From Bdellovibrionales bacterium (GTDB taxonomy: Bacteria > Bdellovibrionota > Bdellovibrionia > Bdellovibrionales > UBA1609): 64,000 nt of DNA. The stretch is from NCBI GenBank assembly GCA_041690295.1, contig JAWLHR010000003.1, positions 64,001-128,000 of the forward strand. Direction: 5' to 3'. Below are positions 1-8,532 of this stretch, in pieces (the stretch's first letter is position 1; each line of letters begins with the position of its first letter). The notes beneath the pieces were generated by a model. The model made no database searches, had not been told where the DNA came from, and saw only the letters and a program-made list of their open reading frames with translations. The position numbers were made by a program, and so were the translations under genes.

Positions 1-104
1 GGCTCGTTTGCAATTGCAGCTTCATAAATTTATTTGGCCGAATGAAGCGCGCGGTGTTTGACCGCACTGTTCTTTTCCTTTAGATACATTGTCTCTCAAA
101 AACA

Positions 105-428
105 ATGGGGGACATAAGAACAATGAACCCGGTGGCAAACAACAACTCTGATAATCTTCTCGTAGCTAACCTGCAGACCGTGAGTCTTGAAAAGCTCGTA
201 CGCAGCAAGCTGGAGGTCTTGTTTCAGCAACAGCAAGAAGCTCAAGTGGAACTGGACGGCCTCCATAAAATCGTTCTTGAGCAAGTGGAAAAGCCTCTGA
301 TCGAGCTGGCCCTTCGCGTTTACAACGGTAATCAGGTCAAAACAGCCAGGATGCTAGGTATCAATCGGAATACATTAAAGAAGAAGATCGATACCTACAA
401 AATTCGCCCCCGAAACAAACCTCAGTAA
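105..428 (+). CDS. fis: Fis-family DNA-binding protein
   Basis: C-terminal HTH_8 signature 'VEKPLIELAL..GNQVKTARMLGINRNTLKKK'; start may be 105 or 123. Confidence 0.85.
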   Translation: MGDIRTMNPVANNNSDNLLVANLQTVSLEKLVRSKLEVLFQQQQEAQVELDGLHKIVLEQVEKPLIELALRVYNGNQVKTARMLGINRNTLKKKIDTYKIRPRNKPQ

Positions 429-588
429 TAGCCTTTAAAAATTCAAGCTCCGTGACAAGCGCTGTGGCAATTTCAAAGAGTGCTAGGATCGGAGCCGATT
501 TTGTGGTGTGATTCAGGTATAGTTACGGCATCGGCGGGTCATCGTAGTTCTACAGCTTGTCTAAGACCCGCTTTTTATTTGGGTGCAC

Positions 589-2007
589 ATGGATAATCGG
601 TTACCTCCTCAGAATATTGACGCCGAGAAGTCTATTCTTGGCGGATTGATGTTGGAACAGGAGGCTTGGGATGAAGTTTCCGAGCTCCTGATCGAGGATG
701 ATTTCTATAAACCAGCGCATAAAAAGATTTTCGCCGCCATACGGGAACTTCACCGGCGTGAAATGCCATCCGACCTGGTCACCGTTTCCAACCTTTTAAT
801 GGAAAAGGGTGAACTCGAAAGTGTCGGCGGAGCCGTTTATCTGGCTGAAATGATCGATCAAACACCGTCCACGGCGAACATCGGTTCTTACGCCAAGATC
901 GTTCAAGAAAAGTCCCTGCTTCGCAAAGTGATCCAGGCCGGCCAGGAGTTCGTTGAGAAAGCTTACAATCAAGATTTCGAGAACATGGATTCCTTTCTGG
1001 ATGGAATCGAAGCCAGGGTCTTTCAACTGGCGGAAAACAAATCCTCGGTGGGTTTGGTGGACGCCAGCGAATTGGTGAAGGTGAGTCTGGAAAAAATCGA
1101 AAGCCTTTATTCCAATCAACTCGCGGTGACCGGGGTCCCATCTGGCTTTACCGAACTGGATGAATTGACGGCCGGTTTTCACCCGGGAGAGCTGATCATC
1201 CTCGCGGCCCGTCCCTCAATGGGGAAAACCGCTTTATCATTGAACATCGCCATGCACGCCGCTTTGAAAGAAAAGAAGAAAGTGGCTTACTTCTCGGTGG
1301 AGATGGGTAAAGAGCAGGTGATGATTCGGATGCTGGCCAGTACGGCGAAGATCCGATTGAGTGATCTGCGAATCGGTAAGATCGATGATCAGGCCTGGCC
1401 GCGATTGATTAACACCGCGGCCGCCGTGAGTGAATCCGGGCTTTTCATTGACGATACATCCGGCATTTCACCGTTTGATATCCGCGCGAAAGTGCGGCGG
1501 ATGAAAGCCAAACACGGCCTGGATATGATCATGATCGACTATCTTCAGTTGATGTCGATGAAACAGAAATTCGAAAACCGCGAGCGCGAAGTTTCGGAGA
1601 TTTCAAAATTGCTCAAATCGGTGGCGAAGGAGCTTGAGGTTCCGGTCATCGCTCTGGCCCAGTTGAATCGCGGCGTGGAAGGCCGGTCCGATCGCCGACC
1701 CATGCTTTCCGACCTGCGCGAATCGGGCTCCATCGAACAGGACGCCGACGTGATTATGATGATCTATCGGGAAGATTATTACGATCGCGACAATCCGGAA
1801 ATTAAAGGCATCGCCGAAGTCATCGTCGCCAAGCAACGGAACGGGCCGACCGACACGGTTAAACTTCGCTGGGTTCCGGAATATGGCTTATTTGATAACT
1901 TGATCCGCGGACCTGAAGCACCCATGCCCGACGGTCCCCATCCGCCGCCTGTTCGCCGCCCCTCAGGCAAACCCATGAATTTCGCGCCCGGCGCCGGTAA
2001 TGCTTAA
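589..2007 (+). CDS. dnaB: Replicative DNA helicase DnaB
   Basis: PPQN..AE N-terminus, Walker A 'AARPSMGKT', 'IDYLQLM', 'SDLRESGSIEQDAD', 'KQRNGP'; ATG at 589 (in-frame GTG at 583). Confidence 0.97.
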   Translation: MDNRLPPQNIDAEKSILGGLMLEQEAWDEVSELLIEDDFYKPAHKKIFAAIRELHRREMPSDLVTVSNLLMEKGELESVGGAVYLAEMIDQTPSTANIGSYAKIVQEKSLLRKVIQAGQEFVEKAYNQDFENMDSFLDGIEARVFQLAENKSSVGLVDASELVKVSLEKIESLYSNQLAVTGVPSGFTELDELTAGFHPGELIILAARPSMGKTALSLNIAMHAALKEKKKVAYFSVEMGKEQVMIRMLASTAKIRLSDLRIGKIDDQAWPRLINTAAAVSESGLFIDDTSGISPFDIRAKVRRMKAKHGLDMIMIDYLQLMSMKQKFENREREVSEISKLLKSVAKELEVPVIALAQLNRGVEGRSDRRPMLSDLRESGSIEQDADVIMMIYREDYYDRDNPEIKGIAEVIVAKQRNGPTDTVKLRWVPEYGLFDNLIRGPEAPMPDGPHPPPVRRPSGKPMNFAPGAGNA

Positions 2008-2105
2008 GATCACGACGTTAGACCAATTCCGTCTCAATGAACCTTACATTCCTCTAACCGATTTGATGCAATTTTACTGTCTAAGAACACGATCCAGGAG
2101 GGATC

Positions 2106-2306
2106 ATGGACGGCTTGAGTCTATTACGTCTATTGATTGAAGCCACGGGACTTCCACCTGAGTCCATGGAACGTGAACTCAGGCGGGTGATTGAAGAAAA
2201 CGGTCTCGATGTAAAAACGCTGACGCTGGATCAGGTGCGTGAGGTGATGGCGACTTACCTGCAGGATGTCCTGGTCGAGGCCAAAGACAACCTGCGGGTG
2301 GTTTAA
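2106..2306 (+). CDS. Small hypothetical helical protein (66 aa)
   Basis: Strong SD (CAGGAGGG) before ATG; fills the gap between dnaB and rplI. Confidence 0.75.
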   Translation: MDGLSLLRLLIEATGLPPESMERELRRVIEENGLDVKTLTLDQVREVMATYLQDVLVEAKDNLRVV

Positions 2307-2753
2307 TTAAGCTTTCTCAACAACGATCGTCAGCTCGGCCTCGAGTCCTTCACCCATGCGAACGAAGGCCTTATGTTGGCCGAGAATTTTGATCTGCTCT
2401 TCCAAATAGATATCTCTTTTGTCCACTTCAAAACCATGGGTTTCAAGCGCCTTGGAGATGTCCATGGTTGTCACCGAACCGAATAATTTTTCTGAATCGG
2501 CGGCCGCTTCCATTTTGAAGTTCAGAGTCAGGCCTTGCATCTTCTGGATCAATTCCTGGCGTCCCGCCATGGCCTTTTTCTTTTTAATCTCGGCCACCTT
2601 TTTAAGGTGATTCCACTCACTCACTCTGTTTTCCGTCGCGAGCACCGCAAGCCGGCGCGGAAACAGAAAATTGCGTGCATATCCCTGCTTCACATTGACC
2701 AGGTCGCCAACCTTTCCCAGATTCTTGACGTCCTTTTGTAAAATCACCTTCAT
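2307..2753 (-). CDS. rplI: 50S ribosomal protein L9
   Basis: '[32 protein letters not shown]' and 'KLFGSVT'. Confidence 0.98.
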   Translation of the reverse strand: MKVILQKDVKNLGKVGDLVNVKQGYARNFLFPRRLAVLATENRVSEWNHLKKVAEIKKKKAMAGRQELIQKMQGLTLNFKMEAAADSEKLFGSVTTMDISKALETHGFEVDKRDIYLEEQIKILGQHKAFVRMGEGLEAELTIVVEKA

Positions 2754-2769
2754 AACACCCTCTCTTTCT

Positions 2770-3675
2770 TCAAACTTCGCTATTAAATTCCTGAGGACGC
2801 TTGTCCAAGCGCGCCCTAAAATTAAACCAATAATCGATCAAGCCCAGCAGGCTGACGAATAAAAACAAGTGAACGATCACCAGAACCATGAAAATGAGCT
2901 GCCAAAAAGGACCCATTTTCAAGCGCTCAAAAAATCGCGCCACCACGGCTATTCCTTGGAAAAAGAACAGGACGAAGCTCACGTTCAGCACATTTATGCT
3001 AACCGGCTCAACGATGTTCTTATCAAAGCCGCCAAAGGCTCCGAGCAACGCGAGAATAAAACCCCAGACCACAACATCGGGCATCCTGAGCTGCATGAGC
3101 TGGGCACGCATAGTCGGCCGCTCGGCATTTTCCGTGGCCGTCTTTTTTGCCGGCTCCAAGCGTCCTTCAAGGAGAACCGCAAGGTATAAAGACGACATCC
3201 AGAGAATCAGCGCGATCGATGGGATCTGAAGGACCAAATCCATCGCCTGAATTTGCATATTGTTTCCCATCTGTGGGAGCAACTTCAACAAACTGTCGAT
3301 CCCCGCCAATATCTGCGATAACCATTTCGGTCCCACGCGGGAAACCCAAAGCGCGAAGGCACCACCACTGATCAACGAACTGATGAGCAGGGTGAAAAAA
3401 GCGCTCCAGAGGAAATTCAGGCCCAACTCTTCGAGCTCGCAAAAAACTCCAACGAGAATCACCAAACTTAAAAAGGCGATCCCCAGAGGAAGGGTTTTCG
3501 CGCTCAAGCAGAAGGCGAGCGCGATCAAGCCGCTCCATGCCCAGTAAATCGCACGGCCATGTTTGGCGCGCAAAATTCTAAGCGACACCGAACCTAACAC
3601 GTAGGTCAGAGCCGTCATGAAAACGGCCCAAAACGTGTAGAAAATGAAGCGTGTGACCCGTTGGCTTTGTGACAT
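2770..3675 (-). CDS. YybS/DUF2232-family integral membrane protein
   Basis: Many TM segments; 'FFFQGIAV' and '[11 protein letters not shown]' motifs; usual position upstream of rplI. Confidence 0.85.
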   Translation of the reverse strand: MSQSQRVTRFIFYTFWAVFMTALTYVLGSVSLRILRAKHGRAIYWAWSGLIALAFCLSAKTLPLGIAFLSLVILVGVFCELEELGLNFLWSAFFTLLISSLISGGAFALWVSRVGPKWLSQILAGIDSLLKLLPQMGNNMQIQAMDLVLQIPSIALILWMSSLYLAVLLEGRLEPAKKTATENAERPTMRAQLMQLRMPDVVVWGFILALLGAFGGFDKNIVEPVSINVLNVSFVLFFFQGIAVVARFFERLKMGPFWQLIFMVLVIVHLFLFVSLLGLIDYWFNFRARLDKRPQEFNSEV

Positions 3676-3683
3676 CGTCCGTC

Positions 3684-4127
3684 TTATGCGCGAGCGCGAG
3701 CCGCTTCACTGCGGGCGGCTTTGCGCTGTTGGCTTTTGATTTCACGTTCACGTTCGCGATTCGCCGTCTCAGCCAAAGCATCTTTGAATTTCTCAACAAA
3801 CTTGGGAAGGCTGATCCGGTCATCCAATCGGGTGTGTTGGAAACGCAGGACCTTGTCATTGATCCGCATCGTGCGCTCCAACTCGTGAATCGAGTCACCA
3901 GTGGCTTCAAAAGTCATATGGAAATAATTGCCGCGAGCCAGACGTTTAATGGGATTACCCAACTTACGTTTGCCCCACGTATCCAGGTGATTGATCTTTC
4001 CGTTAAAAGACTGAATGGTTTCGCGAGTTTTACGGAAAAACGCCTTTTGCTCTTCTTCAGAAGCATCCGGGTGTAAAATCACGACCAATTCGTATTTACG
4101 CAGTACTTTTGAGCTGGTTCCAGCCAT
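3684..4127 (-). CDS. rpsF: 30S ribosomal protein S6 with C-terminal extension
   Basis: 'RKYELVVILHPD', 'DTWGKRKLGNPI', 'ELERTMRINDKVLRF'; ATG at 4127 preceded by AAAGGA. Confidence 0.95.
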   Translation of the reverse strand: MAGTSSKVLRKYELVVILHPDASEEEQKAFFRKTRETIQSFNGKINHLDTWGKRKLGNPIKRLARGNYFHMTFEATGDSIHELERTMRINDKVLRFQHTRLDDRISLPKFVEKFKDALAETANREREREIKSQQRKAARSEAARARA

Positions 4128-4134
4128 TCGGACA

Positions 4135-4176
4135 TCCTTTCGGTTAAAAGCCCCGGCCTTTGGGCGGAGCAAGGAA
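4135..4176 (-). promoter_or_regulatory. S6:S18-type ribosomal protein leader RNA (rpsF 5' UTR)
   Basis: Minus strand UUCCUU-GCUCCG-CCCAAAGGC-CGGGGC-UUUUAACCG-AAAGGA: UCCUU pairs with the SD AAGGA, GCUCCG pairs with CGGGGC, and an unpaired CCG lies just before the SD. Confidence 0.75.
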
Positions 4177-4268
4177 TTTACTAAAGACTAAGCGTTTAGC
4201 ATGGGAGGCTCCCGCCGGACAAGCGAAAGCCGGACTTTCTCCTCTACCGGAATGTATGGGAAAATCGA

Positions 4269-4985
4269 ATGGTTATGAAAATTGCTCTAAAGGCGGTTGA
4301 AGGGCCCTTGGCCGGTCAGATTTTCCCCATTGAGAAGCCCATGACGATCGGTCGCCAGGGCGATATCGCCCTCGATGATATAAAGATCTCCAGCCTCCAT
4401 GCCCGAATCGAGCCAGCGAAAGACGGTCAATTTTTGCTGATCGACAATGATTCGAAGAACGGAATTACCGTCAATAATCAAAAAATCCAGTCAATTCAGT
4501 TGGATCCCGGCCTGGTGTTCACTATCGGCAGCTCAAGCTTTGAGGTCATCAAAGTCGCTACAGCCGCGGCCCCCGCGGCCTCTTCCCCCGCGAAACCGCG
4601 ATCTGAGCGCAAATCCTGGTATCAGATTTTGGCTGACTTTCTAACCACCCATCAAAACGTATTCGAAGACCGAGCCCTGCCCTTGGTTCCGCTCCGGCCC
4701 GCGCTGGTCCTTGAGTTCGTGCGCGGCTTACAAATGAATTCCAAATGGGTCATCGGCTATGGACCGCGCAAGCTGGGCTCCGCGAGCATTGATCTTCCCA
4801 TCTGGGAACCGGATGCCCCCAAGGTGTGCTTCGAAATTCATCCCACGGCCGACGGCATTCTGTTCAAAACCGCCCACCCCGACATCGTGCAGTTGAACCA
4901 GCAATCGGTGGACAGCCGTATTCTCCGTATGGGAGACACAATTACAATCAATGAAACATTGATCGAGGTGGATTTCACGGAATGA
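4269..4985 (+). CDS. FHA-domain protein (canonical N-terminal FHA plus degenerate C-terminal FHA-like domain)
   Basis: 'TIGR..DI.LDD.KISSLHARI...LIDNDSKNGITVN'; second unit ends 'LRMGDTITINETLI'. Confidence 0.85.
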   Translation: MVMKIALKAVEGPLAGQIFPIEKPMTIGRQGDIALDDIKISSLHARIEPAKDGQFLLIDNDSKNGITVNNQKIQSIQLDPGLVFTIGSSSFEVIKVATAAAPAASSPAKPRSERKSWYQILADFLTTHQNVFEDRALPLVPLRPALVLEFVRGLQMNSKWVIGYGPRKLGSASIDLPIWEPDAPKVCFEIHPTADGILFKTAHPDIVQLNQQSVDSRILRMGDTITINETLIEVDFTE

Positions 4986-5884
4986 GTCTTGTGCCGAAAA
5001 CAACCGGTTCCTTCCGCAGCTTCGATGGAACCCGGATTTATTACGAAGTGCGCGGCGAGGGCTTGCCGATCGTGCTCAACTACGGGATCGGCTGTCTGTT
5101 GAACCACTGGCGCCATCAGATCAAATACTTTTCTCAGAACTACAAAGTGATCGCCTATGATTACCGGGCCCACCACCGCTCGGAAATTCCCGAGGACCGG
5201 GGCCAGCTCACAATCGATGCGCTGGCCGAAGACTTAAAAGCGCTTCTTGATCATCTTGAGATTCAAAAAGCCAGCCTCTGGGGTCACAGCTTCGGCGTGC
5301 AAATGCTCGTGCGGCATTACGATCTTTTTTCCACTTTCGCGCACAGTTTGGTCTTCATTAACGGATTCGTGAGAAATCCATTGCAGGGAATGTTCGGCAG
5401 CGAGATCACCAGTTCCATTTTCAATGTGATCAAGTCGGGATATCAGGTTTTGCCTGAGACGATTTCCTATGTTTTTCGGCAATCCGTGCAAAACCCGCTG
5501 GCCATTCAATTGAGCGCGCTGGCCGGCGGATTCAATTTACAGTTAACAAGTCTTAAAGACATTGAGATTTACGCTCGCGGCATGGCTTCAATGGACTTGA
5601 ATTCCTTTTTGCAACTTTTCGAATCCATGCTCAATTACGACGGCCGGCCCGTCTTGAACCGCATTCAGGTGCCCACGATCATCATCGGCGGAATGAAAGA
5701 TTCCGTGACGCCGCAAAAGCATCAAGAGGACCTTCACCACGCCATCAAAGGCAGTGAGTTCTTTATGGTTCCCTACGGATCCCATTGCACTCAGCTCGAT
5801 ATGCCGGAATTGGTGAATTTGAAAATCGAGCGCTTTTTGCAGTCGGTGAAACAAAAAAACCCCGCCGATGAGGCGGGGTCTTAG
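4982..5884 (+). CDS. Alpha/beta-fold hydrolase
   Basis: Nucleophile elbow GHSFG, Asp in 'GMKDSVTP', His in 'GSH'; ATGA overlap with the FHA gene. Confidence 0.9.
   Translation: MSLVPKTTGSFRSFDGTRIYYEVRGEGLPIVLNYGIGCLLNHWRHQIKYFSQNYKVIAYDYRAHHRSEIPEDRGQLTIDALAEDLKALLDHLEIQKASLWGHSFGVQMLVRHYDLFSTFAHSLVFINGFVRNPLQGMFGSEITSSIFNVIKSGYQVLPETISYVFRQSVQNPLAIQLSALAGGFNLQLTSLKDIEIYARGMASMDLNSFLQLFESMLNYDGRPVLNRIQVPTIIIGGMKDSVTPQKHQEDLHHAIKGSEFFMVPYGSHCTQLDMPELVNLKIERFLQSVKQKNPADEAGS
5853..5880 (-). terminator. Intrinsic terminator of the S8 protease gene
   Basis: Minus strand GACCCCGCC-TCATC-GGCGGGG-TTTTTTT, 25 nt past the protease stop, embedded in the 3' end of the convergent hydrolase. Confidence 0.8.
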
Positions 5885-5904
5885 ATTACTAATTTTAATC
5901 TCAA

Positions 5905-7542
5905 TTACTTGTAAGCGATGCCACTGATGTCAAAGCCGTATCGTTGCACGCTGCCATCGGTGCGGAAAGTGATCACAACCGTGTCACCATCAATCGTCGG
6001 GCCAAAAGTTTCGCCTTGGTTGCCGCTCAGAGTGCCGTAAACTTTTCCGTCGGCATCGGTGAAGGTCACCACGTCATAACCACGTTCCGTCTCGAACTTC
6101 GAGAAGTAAACCGCCACTTTGGTCGCACCGGGTACCGTGAACGTCCAAGTTTGCGTGAAGTTGTCCTCGTACGGATGGTCGGTGGAAACTTCCTCAGTCA
6201 TCTTTTGCCAATAGAACGGATCGTCGAGATCGATCGGCGCCACTTGGTTGGTCAACGCGTAGTAAGCGTTGAGCAATCCCGATTGGACTTTGTTACGCAA
6301 AGTCGCCATCGGACGAGCGGACGCCATCATTCGATTCTTCAGCACGTCATAGGTTTGCTCCATATCTTGCGAAAGCAAGAGAGCCGCCACGCCGGACACA
6401 TGGGGTGCGGCCATCGAGGTACCAGACCAGCTTTCAAGACCGTTTTTGGTGTAGCTCAAAATGTTCGCGCCGGGGGCCGCGATATGCGCGCCGACTCTTC
6501 CATAGTTGGAAAAGCTGGCCAGGGCACCGGTGGGTTCGATCGCCGCCACGGCCATGACATTTTCAACCTCATAGCTCGCCGGATAAGTGGGAGTCTGATC
6601 AAGGTTCGAACCGTTGTTACCGGCCGCCGCGACAAAGAGAATTCCCGCGTCGCGAGCCCGCACGATCGATTCATACAGAGCCTGCGAGTAACCGCCGCCG
6701 CCCCATGAGTTGTTCATGATGTGCGCGCCCATGGTTGTCGCGTAGTCGATCGCTTTGATCGCATCGGCGAGGCTACCGCCACCGCTGTTACCCAAGAAAC
6801 GAACCGGAAGGATTCTCACATTCCAAGCGACACCAACTACGCCGAGTCCGTTATTGGCCGAGGCGCCGATCGTTCCCGAAACGTGGGTTCCATGACCGTG
6901 TCCATCTTGCGGATCACCATCGTTGGCCGAGAAGTCACAACCATGGATGTCGTCAATGCAACCATTCCCGTCATCGTCAACACCAGGCTCACCATTCAAT
7001 TCCGCTTCATTGACGAAAATGTTGGCGGCGAGATCGGGATTTTCATAATCAACACCCGTGTCGATCACGGCCACGATAACTTCTTTGGAACCGGTTTCCA
7101 CGGCCCAAGCTTTATCGGCATCGATGTCGACATCGGCCTTACCGGTGATATCGCCCATGTCGCCGTTGGTGCCCTGACCATCATTGATGAGGCCCCAGAG
7201 GCGTCCCAATTCCGGATCGTTCGGAAGCTGATCGGCGCTACCGATGATGTGATAGATGAAGTTGGGTTCGGCGTACTCGATGAGCGGGTTGTTATTCAGT
7301 GTCTGAAGCGCGTTGGATCGCGTTTCGATCACCGGGCGTTGCGCGAGTACCAACCCGTGTTTCGCGTTAATCACACTCACCTTACCCAAGCTGTTGAGTG
7401 AGGAGGGATTCGAAGCGAGCACTGCCGCATTTTTCAGCTTCACGACATACTCGCCCGGAACCGCGGGGAATTCATTCGCAACAGCCGAAGAAGAAAACAA
7501 CATGAGGGCGATGACCGCCCCTAAGAGTCGTCCATGAGTCAT
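5905..7542 (-). CDS. Secreted subtilisin-like S8 serine protease with C-terminal CUB-like domain
   Basis: Signal peptide; triad motifs 'VIDTG', 'HGTHVSG', 'GTSMAAPHVSG'; CUB-like 'HPYEDN..TWTFTVPGA..V.F..FETERGYD'; ATG 7542 with GGAGG SD. Confidence 0.92.
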   Translation of the reverse strand: MTHGRLLGAVIALMLFSSSAVANEFPAVPGEYVVKLKNAAVLASNPSSLNSLGKVSVINAKHGLVLAQRPVIETRSNALQTLNNNPLIEYAEPNFIYHIIGSADQLPNDPELGRLWGLINDGQGTNGDMGDITGKADVDIDADKAWAVETGSKEVIVAVIDTGVDYENPDLAANIFVNEAELNGEPGVDDDGNGCIDDIHGCDFSANDGDPQDGHGHGTHVSGTIGASANNGLGVVGVAWNVRILPVRFLGNSGGGSLADAIKAIDYATTMGAHIMNNSWGGGGYSQALYESIVRARDAGILFVAAAGNNGSNLDQTPTYPASYEVENVMAVAAIEPTGALASFSNYGRVGAHIAAPGANILSYTKNGLESWSGTSMAAPHVSGVAALLLSQDMEQTYDVLKNRMMASARPMATLRNKVQSGLLNAYYALTNQVAPIDLDDPFYWQKMTEEVSTDHPYEDNFTQTWTFTVPGATKVAVYFSKFETERGYDVVTFTDADGKVYGTLSGNQGETFGPTIDGDTVVITFRTDGSVQRYGFDISGIAYK

Positions 7543-7677
7543 TGGGCCTCCGCTCATCTTTGAGCAAAAAATTTTTGTGACTTTGGTCAGTCGTGCTAAC
7601 CAGTTCCAAAATGGTACCAAGGCCTAGCAACTAAGCAAGTTATTTTTACAGACTGAAGTCGCTCGACTTACGTCTAA

Positions 7678-7708
7678 TGTGGATAAGTCTGTGGGTTGAT
7701 GTTCATAA
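7678..7708. promoter_or_regulatory. Tandem DnaA-box cluster
   Basis: TGTGGATAA (7678-7686, perfect), TGTGGGTTG (7690-7698) and TGTTCATAA (7700-7708), all in the same orientation. Confidence 0.5.
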
Positions 7709-7783
7709 CTATCTACTGGTGGTACGAGACTAAGGGCGTAACCCTAGATCTAGGGATGGTAATGCTTAATCAAGCAGCAGATG

Positions 7784-8521
7784 TTAAATCGATGATTTTA
7801 GATAATCCCGATTCATCAAAGCGATGACATCCTGTCCTATTTCTTTTGGACACACCGCCGAACAAGCTCCGGTGTTGGTGCAGCCACCAAAACCTTCCGC
7901 ATCCATTTGCGCCACCATACGCTGAGCCCGCTGATCACGTTCAGCTTGTCCCTGAGGAAGCATTGCCAGATGCGCGATCTTGGCGCCGACAAAAAGCGAA
8001 GCTGAAGCATTTTTGCAAACGGCCACACAAGCGCCGCAGCCGATGCATGCAGCGGCACCGAAGGCTTTATCCGCATTTGGTTTGGGTACGGGCAATGTAT
8101 TCGCATCCGGCGCGGCACCCGTATTCACACTGATGAATCCGCCCGCTTGCTGAATGCGATCAAACGCTGAACGATCAACGACCAAGTCTTTAATCACCGG
8201 AAAGGCGCGCGCACGGAACGGTTCAATGATGATCGTGTCGCCATCCTTAAAACGGCGCATGTACAATTCACATGTGGTGGTGGCGCGATCCGGTCCGTGG
8301 GGATTACCGTTGATCACCATTGAACAGGACCCGCAAATTCCTTCGCGACAATCGTGATCAAATTCAACCGGCTCCTGACCTTGATGAATCAACTGCTCAT
8401 TCACAACATCCATCATTTCAAGAAAAGACATATCCGGACTCACATCTTTGACGTCGAAGTCCATGAAATGTCCTTTGTCCTGAGGTCCGGCCTGGCGCCA
8501 AATTTTTAAATGAAAATTCAT
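7784..8521 (-). CDS. sdhB: Succinate dehydrogenase/fumarate reductase Fe-S subunit
   Basis: '[10 protein letters not shown]', '[11 protein letters not shown]', '[13 protein letters not shown]'. Confidence 0.96.
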   Translation of the reverse strand: MNFHLKIWRQAGPQDKGHFMDFDVKDVSPDMSFLEMMDVVNEQLIHQGQEPVEFDHDCREGICGSCSMVINGNPHGPDRATTTCELYMRRFKDGDTIIIEPFRARAFPVIKDLVVDRSAFDRIQQAGGFISVNTGAAPDANTLPVPKPNADKAFGAAACIGCGACVAVCKNASASLFVGAKIAHLAMLPQGQAERDQRAQRMVAQMDAEGFGGCTNTGACSAVCPKEIGQDVIALMNRDYLKSSI

Positions 8522-8532
8522 CTTCCTTACAC

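Noticed and set aside
3736..3762. Short tandem TTCACG repeats
   Set aside because: Simply encodes the RERERE stretch of S6
7590..7625. Possible sigma54 promoter upstream of the S8 protease (TGGTAC...)
   Set aside because: No GC at the required GG-N10-GC spacing
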